Of a stretch of DNA of 64,000 nt, positions 37,628 to 47,909 are shown piece by piece. A program made the position numbers and the translations under genes. The stretch spans positions 54,438,001 through 54,502,000 of the forward strand of contig NW_024704742.1 in the NCBI RefSeq assembly GCF_018977255.1, written 5' to 3'. The DNA is from Callorhinchus milii. Taxonomy: Eukaryota. Position 1 is the stretch's first letter. Every line of letters begins with the position of its first letter. The notes beneath the pieces were generated by a model. That model made no database searches, was not told where the DNA came from, and saw only the letters and a list, made by a program, of their open reading frames with translations.

Positions 37628-37947
37628 TTTTGTATTGTACAACCTAAAAAGTGAAACAACCCGGAATAAAACTATAGGTATATATTTCCTGAAAATGTAG
37701 TTATGTTTAAAATAGTAAATATTTTAATTTGAATAGTACAGCACTTACCAAGATTGTGTTGCAGTACAGTAGTGTGTGACGCAGCTGCTTTTGCTATCGA
37801 GGTTTACTCACCAACGAAGTTAATTTCCCGCCACCCCAAAATTCACCGCACCGTGCATGCACGATCAAAGCCACTCTTGCCATAATAGTGACGTTGAGCA
37901 ACCAGTGCGAGAGGCCTGGGCCTAGCACACTGTATGTAAAGGTTAGT

Positions 37948-38238
37948 ACCCTTCACGTCCCCCGCCTCACCCACCCCACCATCGGTGGGAAGGCCTTCAG
38001 CCACCCTCTAGAACTCCATCCCACAGTCCCTCTGCGTCGCCACCTCCCTTGCCTTTTTCAAGTCCCATCTCAAGACCCTCCTTTTCTACTGTGCTTTTGA
38101 TCACCCTCCTTCCCCCTCTGCTCTCCACCTTCCCCAATCCCAACCCCCAGATTGGGTCTGAAACATTGACTGTCCAGCGCCTTGGGAAGTCCTCCCAACG
38201 TGAAAGACACTATACAAATGTAATTGTGTTGTTGTTGT
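37948..38238 (+). mobile_element. L2 LINE 3' end
   Basis: LHVPRLTHPTIGGKAFS; tail cctcccaacgtgaaagacactatacaaatgtaa(TTG)n; an inverted L2 tail lies at ~38328-38400. Confidence 0.85.
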
Positions 38239-38595
38239 GCCCAAGGGGCTGTTTGTAGTGGGTTTGTAGCTGGCAGCCCCATTATAGCAGGAAATGCAGA
38301 AAAAAGTGCCTGTCTTTTATCCTGCAGTACAACAACATCAACAAATTACATTTGTGCATGCCTTTCACGTCAGGAGCACGTCCCAATGCATTGGAACACT
38401 GGTATGTTAGAGCATGTCTAGGTCATACTTTGAAACCGCAAAAAATTGCACAGAAAATATTTTTCAGGTCCAGATTTTGTAACATGTTTCAAAGATTCTT
38501 TGGACTTCCTCCTTAAGATACCCTGAAACAATATTTAAATTTTTGGGTCAAGTGTAATTACCCATTAACTTGGGTTTTTGCATGCTTGAAGTACG

Positions 38596-38667
38596 ACATA
38601 GTAGATGTCCTTCAAATTACTTCTTCAGGGTATTTTAATGGGTCATCAGTAAAGATCTTATTTGGTT
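38596..38667 (+). repeat. 72-bp direct repeat, copy 2
   Basis: 68/72 identical to 36582-36653. Confidence 0.95.
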
Positions 38668-39379
38668 AAGAGTGATTGTAAGTGTTGATGTTTCTTACCC
38701 ATAATATTATTTTATAGTACTCAGCATGACTAGAATAGCTATAGGCATGGAGAAAGAAGGGAAAAAACAAGCTGTCTTATACACTGCTGTTCACTTCACC
38801 TCCAGGACAGTGAGTAATTCATGATTTTGAGAATGACATCAAAGAAGAAATTTACAGCCAAACATTTATCGAGTGAATGACAGAATTTGGAGAGTAAAAT
38901 ACCGAAACCTGTGCTAAAATCAAAGCAAAAGGTCAGTTTTTTTGCTGCAATGTTGAAAAAATCATATAATCAGCATGCAATAATTTAATTGGCCCTCATT
39001 AATGGGTAAGCTGTGGACTAGCAAAACTTTACGATGTGAATTCCATCATTTTAGACTGCTTTAAGACCAGCGTTGATTTATCGAAAAATTGGAGCAAACA
39101 TGCTACCCTGATGTAGTTTGAATTCTATGCCCATATTTATAAAACCTAGTATCCCATATGCTTTTTAAACAGCTCTATCTACCTGTCCTGCCAACTTCAG
39201 AGATTTGCTTATGTGGACTTCGAGGTCTCTCTGTTCATTTGCCCCCTTTAAATGTTGAAAATGCCCTTCAAAATATTAAATCATTTGACAGCAAATGGCC
39301 AAGTCGAGATTCCAGTGGAGCTATCCTGCCATGTGTTGGGCTTGTGGAAAGGCTTTGAATGTATCCTCGAATCTCTTGG

Positions 39380-39790
39380 CTGATCAACCTTTGGATTCTG
39401 TGGGTTTCCCCTTGGAATTCCTTTCAATATTACAATTCCTGTAATTGCCAGCTCATCTGCAAGTCCCACAATGCTTGGAACTGTTGCCTTCCTCTCAATG
39501 TCTCCTGTAGCATCATCTCATGCTCAAAACAATTGCACTTTCCCAATTCCCAGGACAGTTGATCATTTTCAGTAATGGTGCCCAACATGGCCAGCATTAC
39601 TTCAAAGCAAACTGCAGATGAAGTAGCTGCAGACAACATTAACGTAACTTTGGCATACATAACAGCCTTTTGCAGAGGCAAGGAAAAAACAGCAATCTTC
39701 TCAACCATAATTACTTTGTGGGAGACCTGAAGTTTACCAAGAATATAATCCAATACATGTGTCATCCTTTGCTCACGGCGATGATCTCAT
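39380..39790. mobile_element. Possible PIF/Harbinger relic (divergent Myb/SANT and transposase starts)
   Basis: Plus strand GDLKFTKNIIQYMCHPLL resembles HARBI-like RRLRFTKE...LCHLL; minus strand FEHEMMLQETLRGR..ALW/GLADELAITGIV resembles a Myb/SANT helix; heavily decayed. Confidence 0.3.
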
Positions 39791-40096
39791 CTATTTGGGT
39801 TACAATTACCTTCAGAGTTCAGCAACTTCAGAGACACTCAGATGTAGCTCTAAGACTTGTGGAAAAAAGAAGCTGTGTCTATTGCCATTAATCACCATTT
39901 GTTAAAGAAAATAAATCTGAACCTTAAAATAATTGTTGCACTTTAGTTGTTTAATATAACAATAATGATCACATTTATTGTTATAAGCATTATTTCCATT
40001 CCAAATGTTTATGGTCTCACTTAATGGGACATGTTCATTTGTCTTTTTATTTATATGATATATTAACTTGCTATGCTGCGTAGAAGTGAGTATCTG

Positions 40097-40232
40097 CCTT
40101 GAGACGTCTCAAAGTGCTTCACAGAATATACTATAAAGTGAATTGACTGTGTGTTTTGTGGGTGAAACACAGCAGGCAATTGCGCACAGCAGAGTCCCAA
40201 AACAGTCGTGGATTGAGTGACCAAACTCTTCT
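40097..40232 (-). mobile_element. SINE family A fragment
   Basis: ttgagacgtctcaaagtgcttcacagaatatac...gtggattgagtgaccaaa. Confidence 0.8.
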
Positions 40233-40254
40233 TATTTTTTTTCTCTCCCTGTCC

Positions 40255-40600
40255 AGGCACCAACTTTGGGTGCAATATAACTTCACGGAAGTTAGAAGTG
40301 GGATGGGTTCCTGAGCTGCGTGTGGGAGGCAATGGCAAGCTATGCGTTTTATCTGGTTAGACTCCAGCAGTTATCTCAACGCACACGCTGGGGTCCCCAC
40401 GCCTTGGCTCTTGTTAACCTGTGCCTAATAATTTCTGGAATTAGTTAAGCAGGATGCATCTCTCCAGGGGGAGAGTGCACGTTCCATTCCAACAATCTAT
40501 CTCTGGGATTTCCATGTGTAGGTGGGATGCATGGAATTCTCAGTTTGGTTTGGATACCCTTAAGCATGGTGATGGGTTTCCACATGTATCAGACACCAAA
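40255..40600. mobile_element. Family C repeat, longest copy (inverted relative to 17676 and 29757)
   Basis: gcaggatgcatctctccagggggagagtgcacgttccattccaa..ggtttggatacccttaagcatggtgatgggtttcc..tcagacacc. Confidence 0.75.
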
Positions 40601-41287
40601 ACATGTTTTAATAGATAAGTAATATGATGATACAATGGTTTTTATGCCATAGTTTGCTATTAATGGGCCTACATTTTAATACATCTGCAATATATTTACA
40701 TTTCCCATGTCCTTTCTTGGAGGAAGAAATGTTTATATAAATATTAAATGCAAGTACTTTTAACAACGACTTACAACAATTTGCATTTATACAGCACCCT
40801 TCAGGCCGGACGGCTTCTTGGAAGCCATCGGGCCTAAAGATTTTTTTTTTCTTTTTGTTGTTTGCACCAAAGAAGGTTAGAAGCATCTTTCCTCTGGTCA
40901 TAGATGTAACAAAGCTTTATTGAGCCCATCATGTATGGGTATGGAGTTTTGGTCCCAGTTTTATTTCTCAGAATGCTTAGTTGGGAGATTGAAAAGGCTG
41001 GTAGGAGTTTGGGTACACAAGATGCAGCATATGCAACGTATTAACTAAAGACCATTAAGTCTGAACATATGTATGCCTATGAGCTACTAAAATGTGGGTG
41101 TATCAATCTGTGCTTAAGAAACTATTCCCTGTGTGTGGCTGTTTGGTGCTATGGCCTCATTGAACTCCCGAAGAACCATAACCCTAACAGAGGGCTCTTT
41201 CATATCTGTTGATTCAATACATTGCTTCCCACTTGCTGCATGATCCTACAGTTGGTGTGTGCTCCCCCAGACTATCTGAGTGGAACT

Positions 41288-42090
41288 TGTTAGAAAATAA
41301 AATCTTCTTTTCGAGTTCCAATCAAACACAACCACTGTTTGCAACCAGAGTAGTGTTTATTAAACTCCAGGATCCATCCAAGTTCCCGATGGGCGTGGGC
41401 AAGTAAGCACAATCAATCAATTTACTAACAGAACAATACTACCGCATAATTCCTCCTCGTGGTCGTCTACTTCTGTCTTCTAGCTCTCAGTCTTCCATCC
41501 ACGGTAGGTACTGTCCTGGGCGCGCACCGATCTTGGTCTGGCACGGTGTCTTAAGCTTGTGTCCATCCAATCATGGTGCGGACATTAGGTCACCTGGCCA
41601 AAATCATGCTGGGTTCACGTGAACACCTCATGGGGTGTACGTGCCTCACACACATACACATTGTCCTTAAGACCCCCGTTATCTGATCTAATTGTCTAAG
41701 ATAGAGGATTGATCAGTTTGGGCTGTATCTGGTGCTCATTATTTTGTTAGGTGGGATCATTAGTACATTCCTTTTAAGTGACTGGTTATTCCTTATCAGT
41801 ATCCCGGGATGGTACCAAGGCCCTCTAGTTTAAGCAACTTGCTCATTAATTGCTATTCTTGAGGGTTGCCTTCTGTCGGTTGGCAGGCCCTGTCAGAATC
41901 GAGCGACTTATTGCTCAGTCGAGATCCTGTGTCGACTGGTACCTTGGACCGTTAGCTCTGTGGGCTTGTTGTCATTTACTGATAAGAGGCGACCCCCTGC
42001 CGCTGTCTGTTATTCTTTCAAAAACAGAGAAAACCAGATGTGTCCTATCCCATGACTGCCCACACTTAACTTAAAATTAACCCATTCACA
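41288..42090 (-). mobile_element. Probable solo LTR of an endogenous retrovirus or LTR retrotransposon
   Basis: Minus strand begins TGTGAATGGG and ends TTTTCTAACA; AATAAA ~70 bp before the end (plus tttatt ~41356); CCAAT box (41567) just upstream of a TATA-like CTTAAG; CpG- and GC-richer than flanks; no PBS or PPT; TSD unresolved. Confidence 0.6.
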
Positions 42091-42324
42091 ACATCTATTA
42101 TGATTCTAACATTATATAAAAAGTGTAAATTCTAACAACTGAACTGGCACAAAAATCCCTTCTAAACTGGCATTAGCTCTTTCAATGTTTACTAGAATTT
42201 CTACCTTATAATTTTCCATTCTGTTTCCAGGACTACTGTAACTTATCTTTTCCATTACATCTCATTCTCCACAATGAAGCGCTTTTCTGAAACTGACCAT
42301 AACAACTGCAGACCAATATTAAGG

Positions 42325-42486
42325 ATAGAATGACAGAATCTTACAGCACAGAAGAAGGCCATTCGGCCCATTGTGCCTGTGCCAATGATAGAGCTATCTA
42401 ACTTGTCTAACTCCCCCACTCTTGACCCATAGCCCTGCGATTTTTTCCTTTTCAAGTACCCATCCAATTCCCTTTTGAAAGCTGGT
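42325..42486 (-). mobile_element. CR1 LINE 3' tail
   Basis: atagaat..cagcacagaagaaggccattcggccc..ccatagccctgc..tccaattcccttttgaa; minus ORF MDGYLKRKKSQGYG. Confidence 0.85.
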
Positions 42487-43859
42487 ATCCATCTCTGAAC
42501 TAGATTTCAGTTTAACCCCCATTAGTGAACAATGATCCCTGCTGTCTGCTTTTTTCAGAAAGATTTGTCTTGCCTTTGTTTTATTTTCACTTTATCTCTG
42601 TTCATTTTTGCCCTAGTTTCTATAAAAACAGCCTTCAGTGATTTATTTTGGCCATGCTTTACTAAATCAGGATTCACTCTAATGCATGTTAATATTGATT
42701 ATTATCAGTACAAGTCCAGTATTGAAAATTATCAGTCAAAATAGTATTTTTGCTTGCCCTTTGGGAAATACACTGAAATATTGGCATTCCCATCTGACCT
42801 TTAAAGGACATCTTCATTTGTCAATAAACTGAAAGGTCAATTACCACTATGGTAATACTTTGGTCCAGCTAAGTATAGATGTTGGTCTCTAAAATTGTGT
42901 GTGTGTCAAGTGGCATTTTAGAGATGGGAGCAAGGTTGTTTTTCTTCAACAGAAATATATTTAGATGATCTTTTGAGTCACTTGATTTCTATTTTGAGCT
43001 ACATTGTGTTTTGTTTGGTGGGACTAACAAAGTTCATTACACATACTGTATTTGAAGAACTGTAAATATTGGAAAATAACATCGCTAGAACATTTAAGTA
43101 CATGAGCAAAACACAAACTGGGATTAATTGTATTTAGATCAAGAATACACTTTTTACTCTATTTACGGTTGTGTCAAAATTATGAACAAGACCAGAATTT
43201 TTGTTTTGCACTTTGAGACATCTCGAAGATGTGATAAGGTGCTCTAACAAATGCAAGGATTATTATTATCATTATTATTTTGCAACAAAATATTACTTTT
43301 AGATGCACGGTCTGTTCCATACATGTCAAAATTGGATTTAATTAAACCCAGGACAATAGTTTAGGATGCACAAAAACAATCGAATAAGAGGACATAGTTT
43401 TAGAGTTTCAAAGGACAATTTCAGTTTTGATTCGAGGCAGAGGGTGACTGGAACATATTGCTAGGGTGAATGAGACAAGGGCAATGGACTAATTTAAAAG
43501 GCAGTTTGATACTGTGATGGGAGGATGGGAGGGATGAGATCAGATATGCCAAATAGCCTTCTTCATCGAGACTAATCATGTGATCTTGTGAAATGCAAGT
43601 ATTATTTATCCCAAGTGTGCGAGCTGACAATGTAAATAAACAGTCAGCACACAATATACAAGTCTCTACATATCTGCAGGTAGTGGTAGGGTTATGAATC
43701 AATGGGTGAAATTTAAGATGTTTCAGAATTCATTTGTTGTTACAAGAAGAACAGTATTATAAAATACTGCGAATTTCAATCCTTAATTATTCCAGCTCTG
43801 AGAGCCAGTTCAGACTTGATGTTGCCAAATTGCTTTAAATTTATATGATTCTATCATTC

Positions 43860-44093
43860 AACAACACCTGCACTTGCATTTATATAGCGCCCTTCACACA
43901 GGGTTAATGTCTTGGAACCCTTACCAGTGGTGGATCTTGACACCAAGCCAGAGAGAGGAGGGAGGTGACCGTAAGCACAATTGAAGAGGAAGATGTTCAG
44001 ATGCGATCAAGGAGGGCGCAAACAGAGGAATTGAGGCAGAGAGTTCCATAGTTTGAGGTGTAGTGGCTGAAAGCACAGCTGCTGATGGTGGAC
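43860..44093 (-). mobile_element. L2 LINE 3' end (older subfamily)
   Basis: cttgcatttatatagcgcccttcac...ggcagagagttccatagttt..ggctgaaagcac..gatggtgg. Confidence 0.75.
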
Positions 44094-45156
44094 CATTGTG
44101 TCATTGAAATGCTGCTTTCATGCCCTAAGTTTTAAATCAGGGATTGCATTCGACTCAACCATTGGGCCGAGGCCCCCTCCCCACCCAACACACACACACT
44201 TTCCACTCAACTACCATTGCATTCATTTTGCAACTGTGACAACATCAAGCACAATTGCAAGAAGCAACTGAAAATGCATCAAGACAAGCAAAATAACCAA
44301 TTACAATATCATCAGAATTCTCAGACAAAACCCAGACAGTCTCTGCGGTTTTTTTATATAACATATTCATATTTATATCCAACCTCACTCAGTTCAAACC
44401 AATCAGTTTTGTATCTTAACTATCAAACTATCAAACATTCAAACTAATATGATAAACACTGCCCAACTGCCCAATTCAAAACCTGATCAGACTGGCAATT
44501 GAGAAGAAAACTTGATTTTAAAAGTTGTGAACATCAGCATTTTAAAAGCCTGTGCCATCCTAGTGAAAGGATATCATAGCCATATTATTCAAACAATTTC
44601 GAACTTCCCCAGATCTTAGTACAGTTCTAAACACCAGACCAATGGAATTCTCCACAAGCTCATGACCCAAATGCATCATATATTCCTAATGTTTAAAGCG
44701 AATCACCATATTAATGTTGTTTTGCCTTTGGAGCTTTCTCCAAGAAAGCCCCGGCACCTGGATTTCAGACGAATGCACAGGTGAATATGAAGTGAATAGT
44801 AGTTGGGAATTCCAGCTTCTGTACTCAGATCATGTGGAATCTGCTGATAGTGATCAACGTGATTGAAACCCTTAAGGTCTGGGTTGCACACTTCATTTTA
44901 ACTCCATAATTAAAGTTTGAGCTTGATTATAATTTATATATATATAAGAAAGAATGTTTTTTTTATTCTTGATAAAAAACTGGCTCAAAGACCTGATCAC
45001 CAAGCATATCTGTTTTTAACCTCTATATCAGGATTAAAGTTCCCTCATTTTGTGTTCAAGTGTTATTTATTTCTAGCTATGTGTTATTTAATTTAATATT
45101 TCTTTCCTAAATAAACAAGTTTATTATGCTTGGCTAAAGTCTGTATCAAGAGGGTA

Positions 45157-45972
45157 AAAATAATAATAATCCTTGCATTCAATATAAAAACATCTCAAAA
45201 TGCTTCTCAGGATATATTGTTAACAACAGAAAATTACGTTTGCATAGCGCTTTTCACGTCGGGAGGACATACCAAGGCACTGGATTTGGACCTGAGCAGG
45301 GGGATGGAGGATGGGGATGGGATCGGGGGATGGAGAGCAGGGAGGTTAGGAGGGTGCCTGGAGGTGCGATTAGGAGGGTCTTGAGACATGCCTTGAAAGG
45401 GCAAGGAAGGGAGCGAAGAATGGAGTTCCAAAGGATGGGGGCAGAGAGGCTGAAGGCCTGACCGCTAATGGTGGGGCGGGCCGGGTGGGAAATGTGGAGT
45501 AGGCTGGAGCTTGCTGAGTGGAGGGAGTGGACAGGTTGATATGGGGTTAACAGGTCACAGAGTTTGGAAGGACCAAGGCCATGGAGGGCCTTGAAGGCAA
45601 GGATGAGGATTTTGAACTTTTTTCTCAAATAAAAAAAGTGATGTGACTTATTTTATGGATGAACAAGATAGCCAATTTGCACAGAGCCCCACAAACAGTC
45701 ATTGAGTGACTGATCAATTTTATTTGAGGAATAGTTGGTCAGGATAGTTTTTGAATAGCGCTATGGGATCTTTACCATCCACCTGGACAGACAGATGGGA
45801 TCTCGGCTTACCGTCTCATCCAATCGATGGCACCTCTGACAATCCAGCATTCCCATAGTACTGCATTGGAGTGTCAGTATATACTATACAGGTTCCAAGT
45901 CCCAAAGTGTGAGTTCAACCCATTACCTTCAGATTCAGAGGCGAGAGTGCTATCAACTGAGCCAGGCTGACA
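45157..45972 (-). mobile_element. Deu-domain SINE, full length, with a nested L2
   Basis: Tail at 45157; resumes ~45635 through the Deu core and head cagaggcgagagtgctatcaactgagccaggctgaca. Confidence 0.85.
45222..45617 (-). mobile_element. L2 LINE 3' end nested in the Deu SINE
   Basis: Minus ORF FKILILAFKALHGLGPSKLCDLLTPYQPVHSLHSASSSLL...LWNS..FKACLKT. Confidence 0.9.
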
Positions 45973-46671
45973 TGCTGACCCTTAACCAAACTGAGATGTC
46001 CTTCCAATGTGAAAGGCACTATATCAAATGCAAGATTACAAAATGTGTATTGCTGGAATTTATACAGTAAGAAGCAAGATTCAACAAACAAAAAATTCTT
46101 AAGTACATACTAGCTTTGGCACATTAGAAATAAAAATGCCACAAAATGTCACAAATGTGAAAGAAATCGCTGACCTTAACAAAACATAGTCATTGCTCAT
46201 TCTGTCATTACTGGAGGAAAATTCAACATGGAGATCTATCAAGCAAAATAATCCAGTCAATACACCAAAAAGCTCAAAGTGACCTTAATTACATCCATGT
46301 ACATTCCATAAGGATGAATACTTCAACCAGAAAAAAACGAAATCTGTAACAAAATGTATGTCTTAGTTTGAATTTTAGATGTTTTAAACTATTCAACTTA
46401 AAAGGTCCAATATTTTAATGCTATTTATTTTGTCTGTTACATAGAATTACTTAAAATGATACAGTATGGAAAAAGCCATTCAGTCCATCTAGTCTATGCT
46501 GATGTTTGCAAGAAAACACCACCCTTCCCAATGGCTTTTACTATACCCCTTTATTTACTTAATCCAACCTCCCTTTCCTTTCCAAGATCTTGGAATAAGT
46601 TGCTTTCCAACTTCGCTCCTTCCTATCCCTCCACTCCCTCTACGAACCTCTCCATTGGGTTTCCTTGCTGC

Positions 46672-46976
46672 CTATAGCATGCTCCAGCCTGCTCCATGTC
46701 TCCCGCCTGGCCTGCCCTACAATCGGCGGCCATTCAGCTTCTCTACTCCCACCCTTTGGAACTCCATTACACAGTACCTCCATCATGCCCCTCCCTTGCC
46801 TCCTCCATAGCACTTCTTCAAAACACTCCTCTTCGACTGCGCTTTGAGCCATTATCCTACCCCTACACTCCTTGCCCTCCACCCCCCCCAATCCCAATCC
46901 CTGATTGTCCAGTGCCTTGAGATGTCCTCCCAACGTGAAGGGCACTTTACAAACGTAATTTGTTGTTGGTGTTGTT
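46672..46976 (+). mobile_element. L2 LINE 3' end
   Basis: LLHVSRLACPTIGG; tail cctcccaacgtgaagggcactttacaaacgtaa(TTG)n. Confidence 0.85.
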
Positions 46977-47020
46977 CCTCATTTATGCTTCAGATTTCCT
47001 CTTAAATTCCTCGAAGTTAA

Positions 47021-47909
47021 TATATCTAAATTGGCGGATGACACAAAACTAGGAGGAAGTGCCAACAAAGAGGACGACATTAAAAAATGTAGGTGGCAGA
47101 TGAAGTATAATGTAGGGAAGTGCAAAGTCATCCACCTCGGTAGCAAAACCATTAGAGCGGGTTATTTTTTAGAAGGGGAGAGACTGGAATGCGTTAGCGT
47201 CCAGAGGGACTTGGGTGTCCTTGTACACCAATCACAGAAAGTTAGTCTGCGGTGCAGCAGCAATTAGGAAGGTGAACGGTATGTTAGCATTCATTATGAA
47301 AGGATTAGAGTATAAGAGTAGGGAAGTCTTGCTGCAACTGTATAGGGCCCTGGTGAGACCACACCTGGAATACTGTGTGCAGTTTTGATCTCCTTATTTA
47401 AGGAAGGATGTACTTGCCTTGGAGAAGGTGCAGCGTAGATTTACTAGGTTAGTACCAGGGATGAAGGGGATGAGTTACGAGGATAGGCTGACCAATTTGG
47501 GCCTATATTCTCTAGAATATAGAAGAATTAGAGGGGTCCTTATAGAAACCTATAAGATCATCAAAGGGCATGATAGAGTAGATAGTGGGAGATTGTTTTC
47601 CCTGGTTGGAGAAACTAAAACCAGGGGTCACAACCTTAAAATCAGAGGCCAGCCCTTTCACACTGAGTTGAGGAAGAACTTCTTCACTCAAAGGGTGGTG
47701 ATGTATGGAACTCGCTACCCCAAAGGGATGTTGACGCTCAGTCCTTGAACATATTCAAGACTGAGAAAGATAGATTTCTTATTGCAAAAGGGATTAAGGG
47801 ATATGGGGATAAGGCAGGGTCAGGTTATTAGCTGGAGTTGGATTAGAAGATCAGCCATGATTGAATGGCGGGGCAGGCCTACTCCTGCTCCTACATGTTA
47901 TGTTATGTT
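47021..47909 (+). mobile_element. CR1 LINE 3' portion (RT C-terminus and 3' UTR), disrupted
   Basis: ADDTKLGG..WQMKYNVGKCKVIHLG..QRDLGVLVH..EKVQRRFTRLVPGMKG..TRGHNLK..FFTQRVV; (ATGTT)n tail. Confidence 0.95.

Larger units (their letters stand above)
36773..37918 (-). mobile_element. Internally deleted hAT-type DNA transposon carrying a CGGBP-like reading frame
   Basis: CGGBP1-like coding relic inside; minus-strand start CAGGCCTCTC vs left end CTGGGCC (degenerate TIR); GCGG motifs at both subtermini in opposite orientation; 8-bp flanks ctcataac/ggcctagc match only 4/8. Confidence 0.55.

Noticed and set aside
44733..44779. Possible coding exon ending cag|gtgaat
   Set aside because: Poor acceptor and no recognisable peptide in any frame
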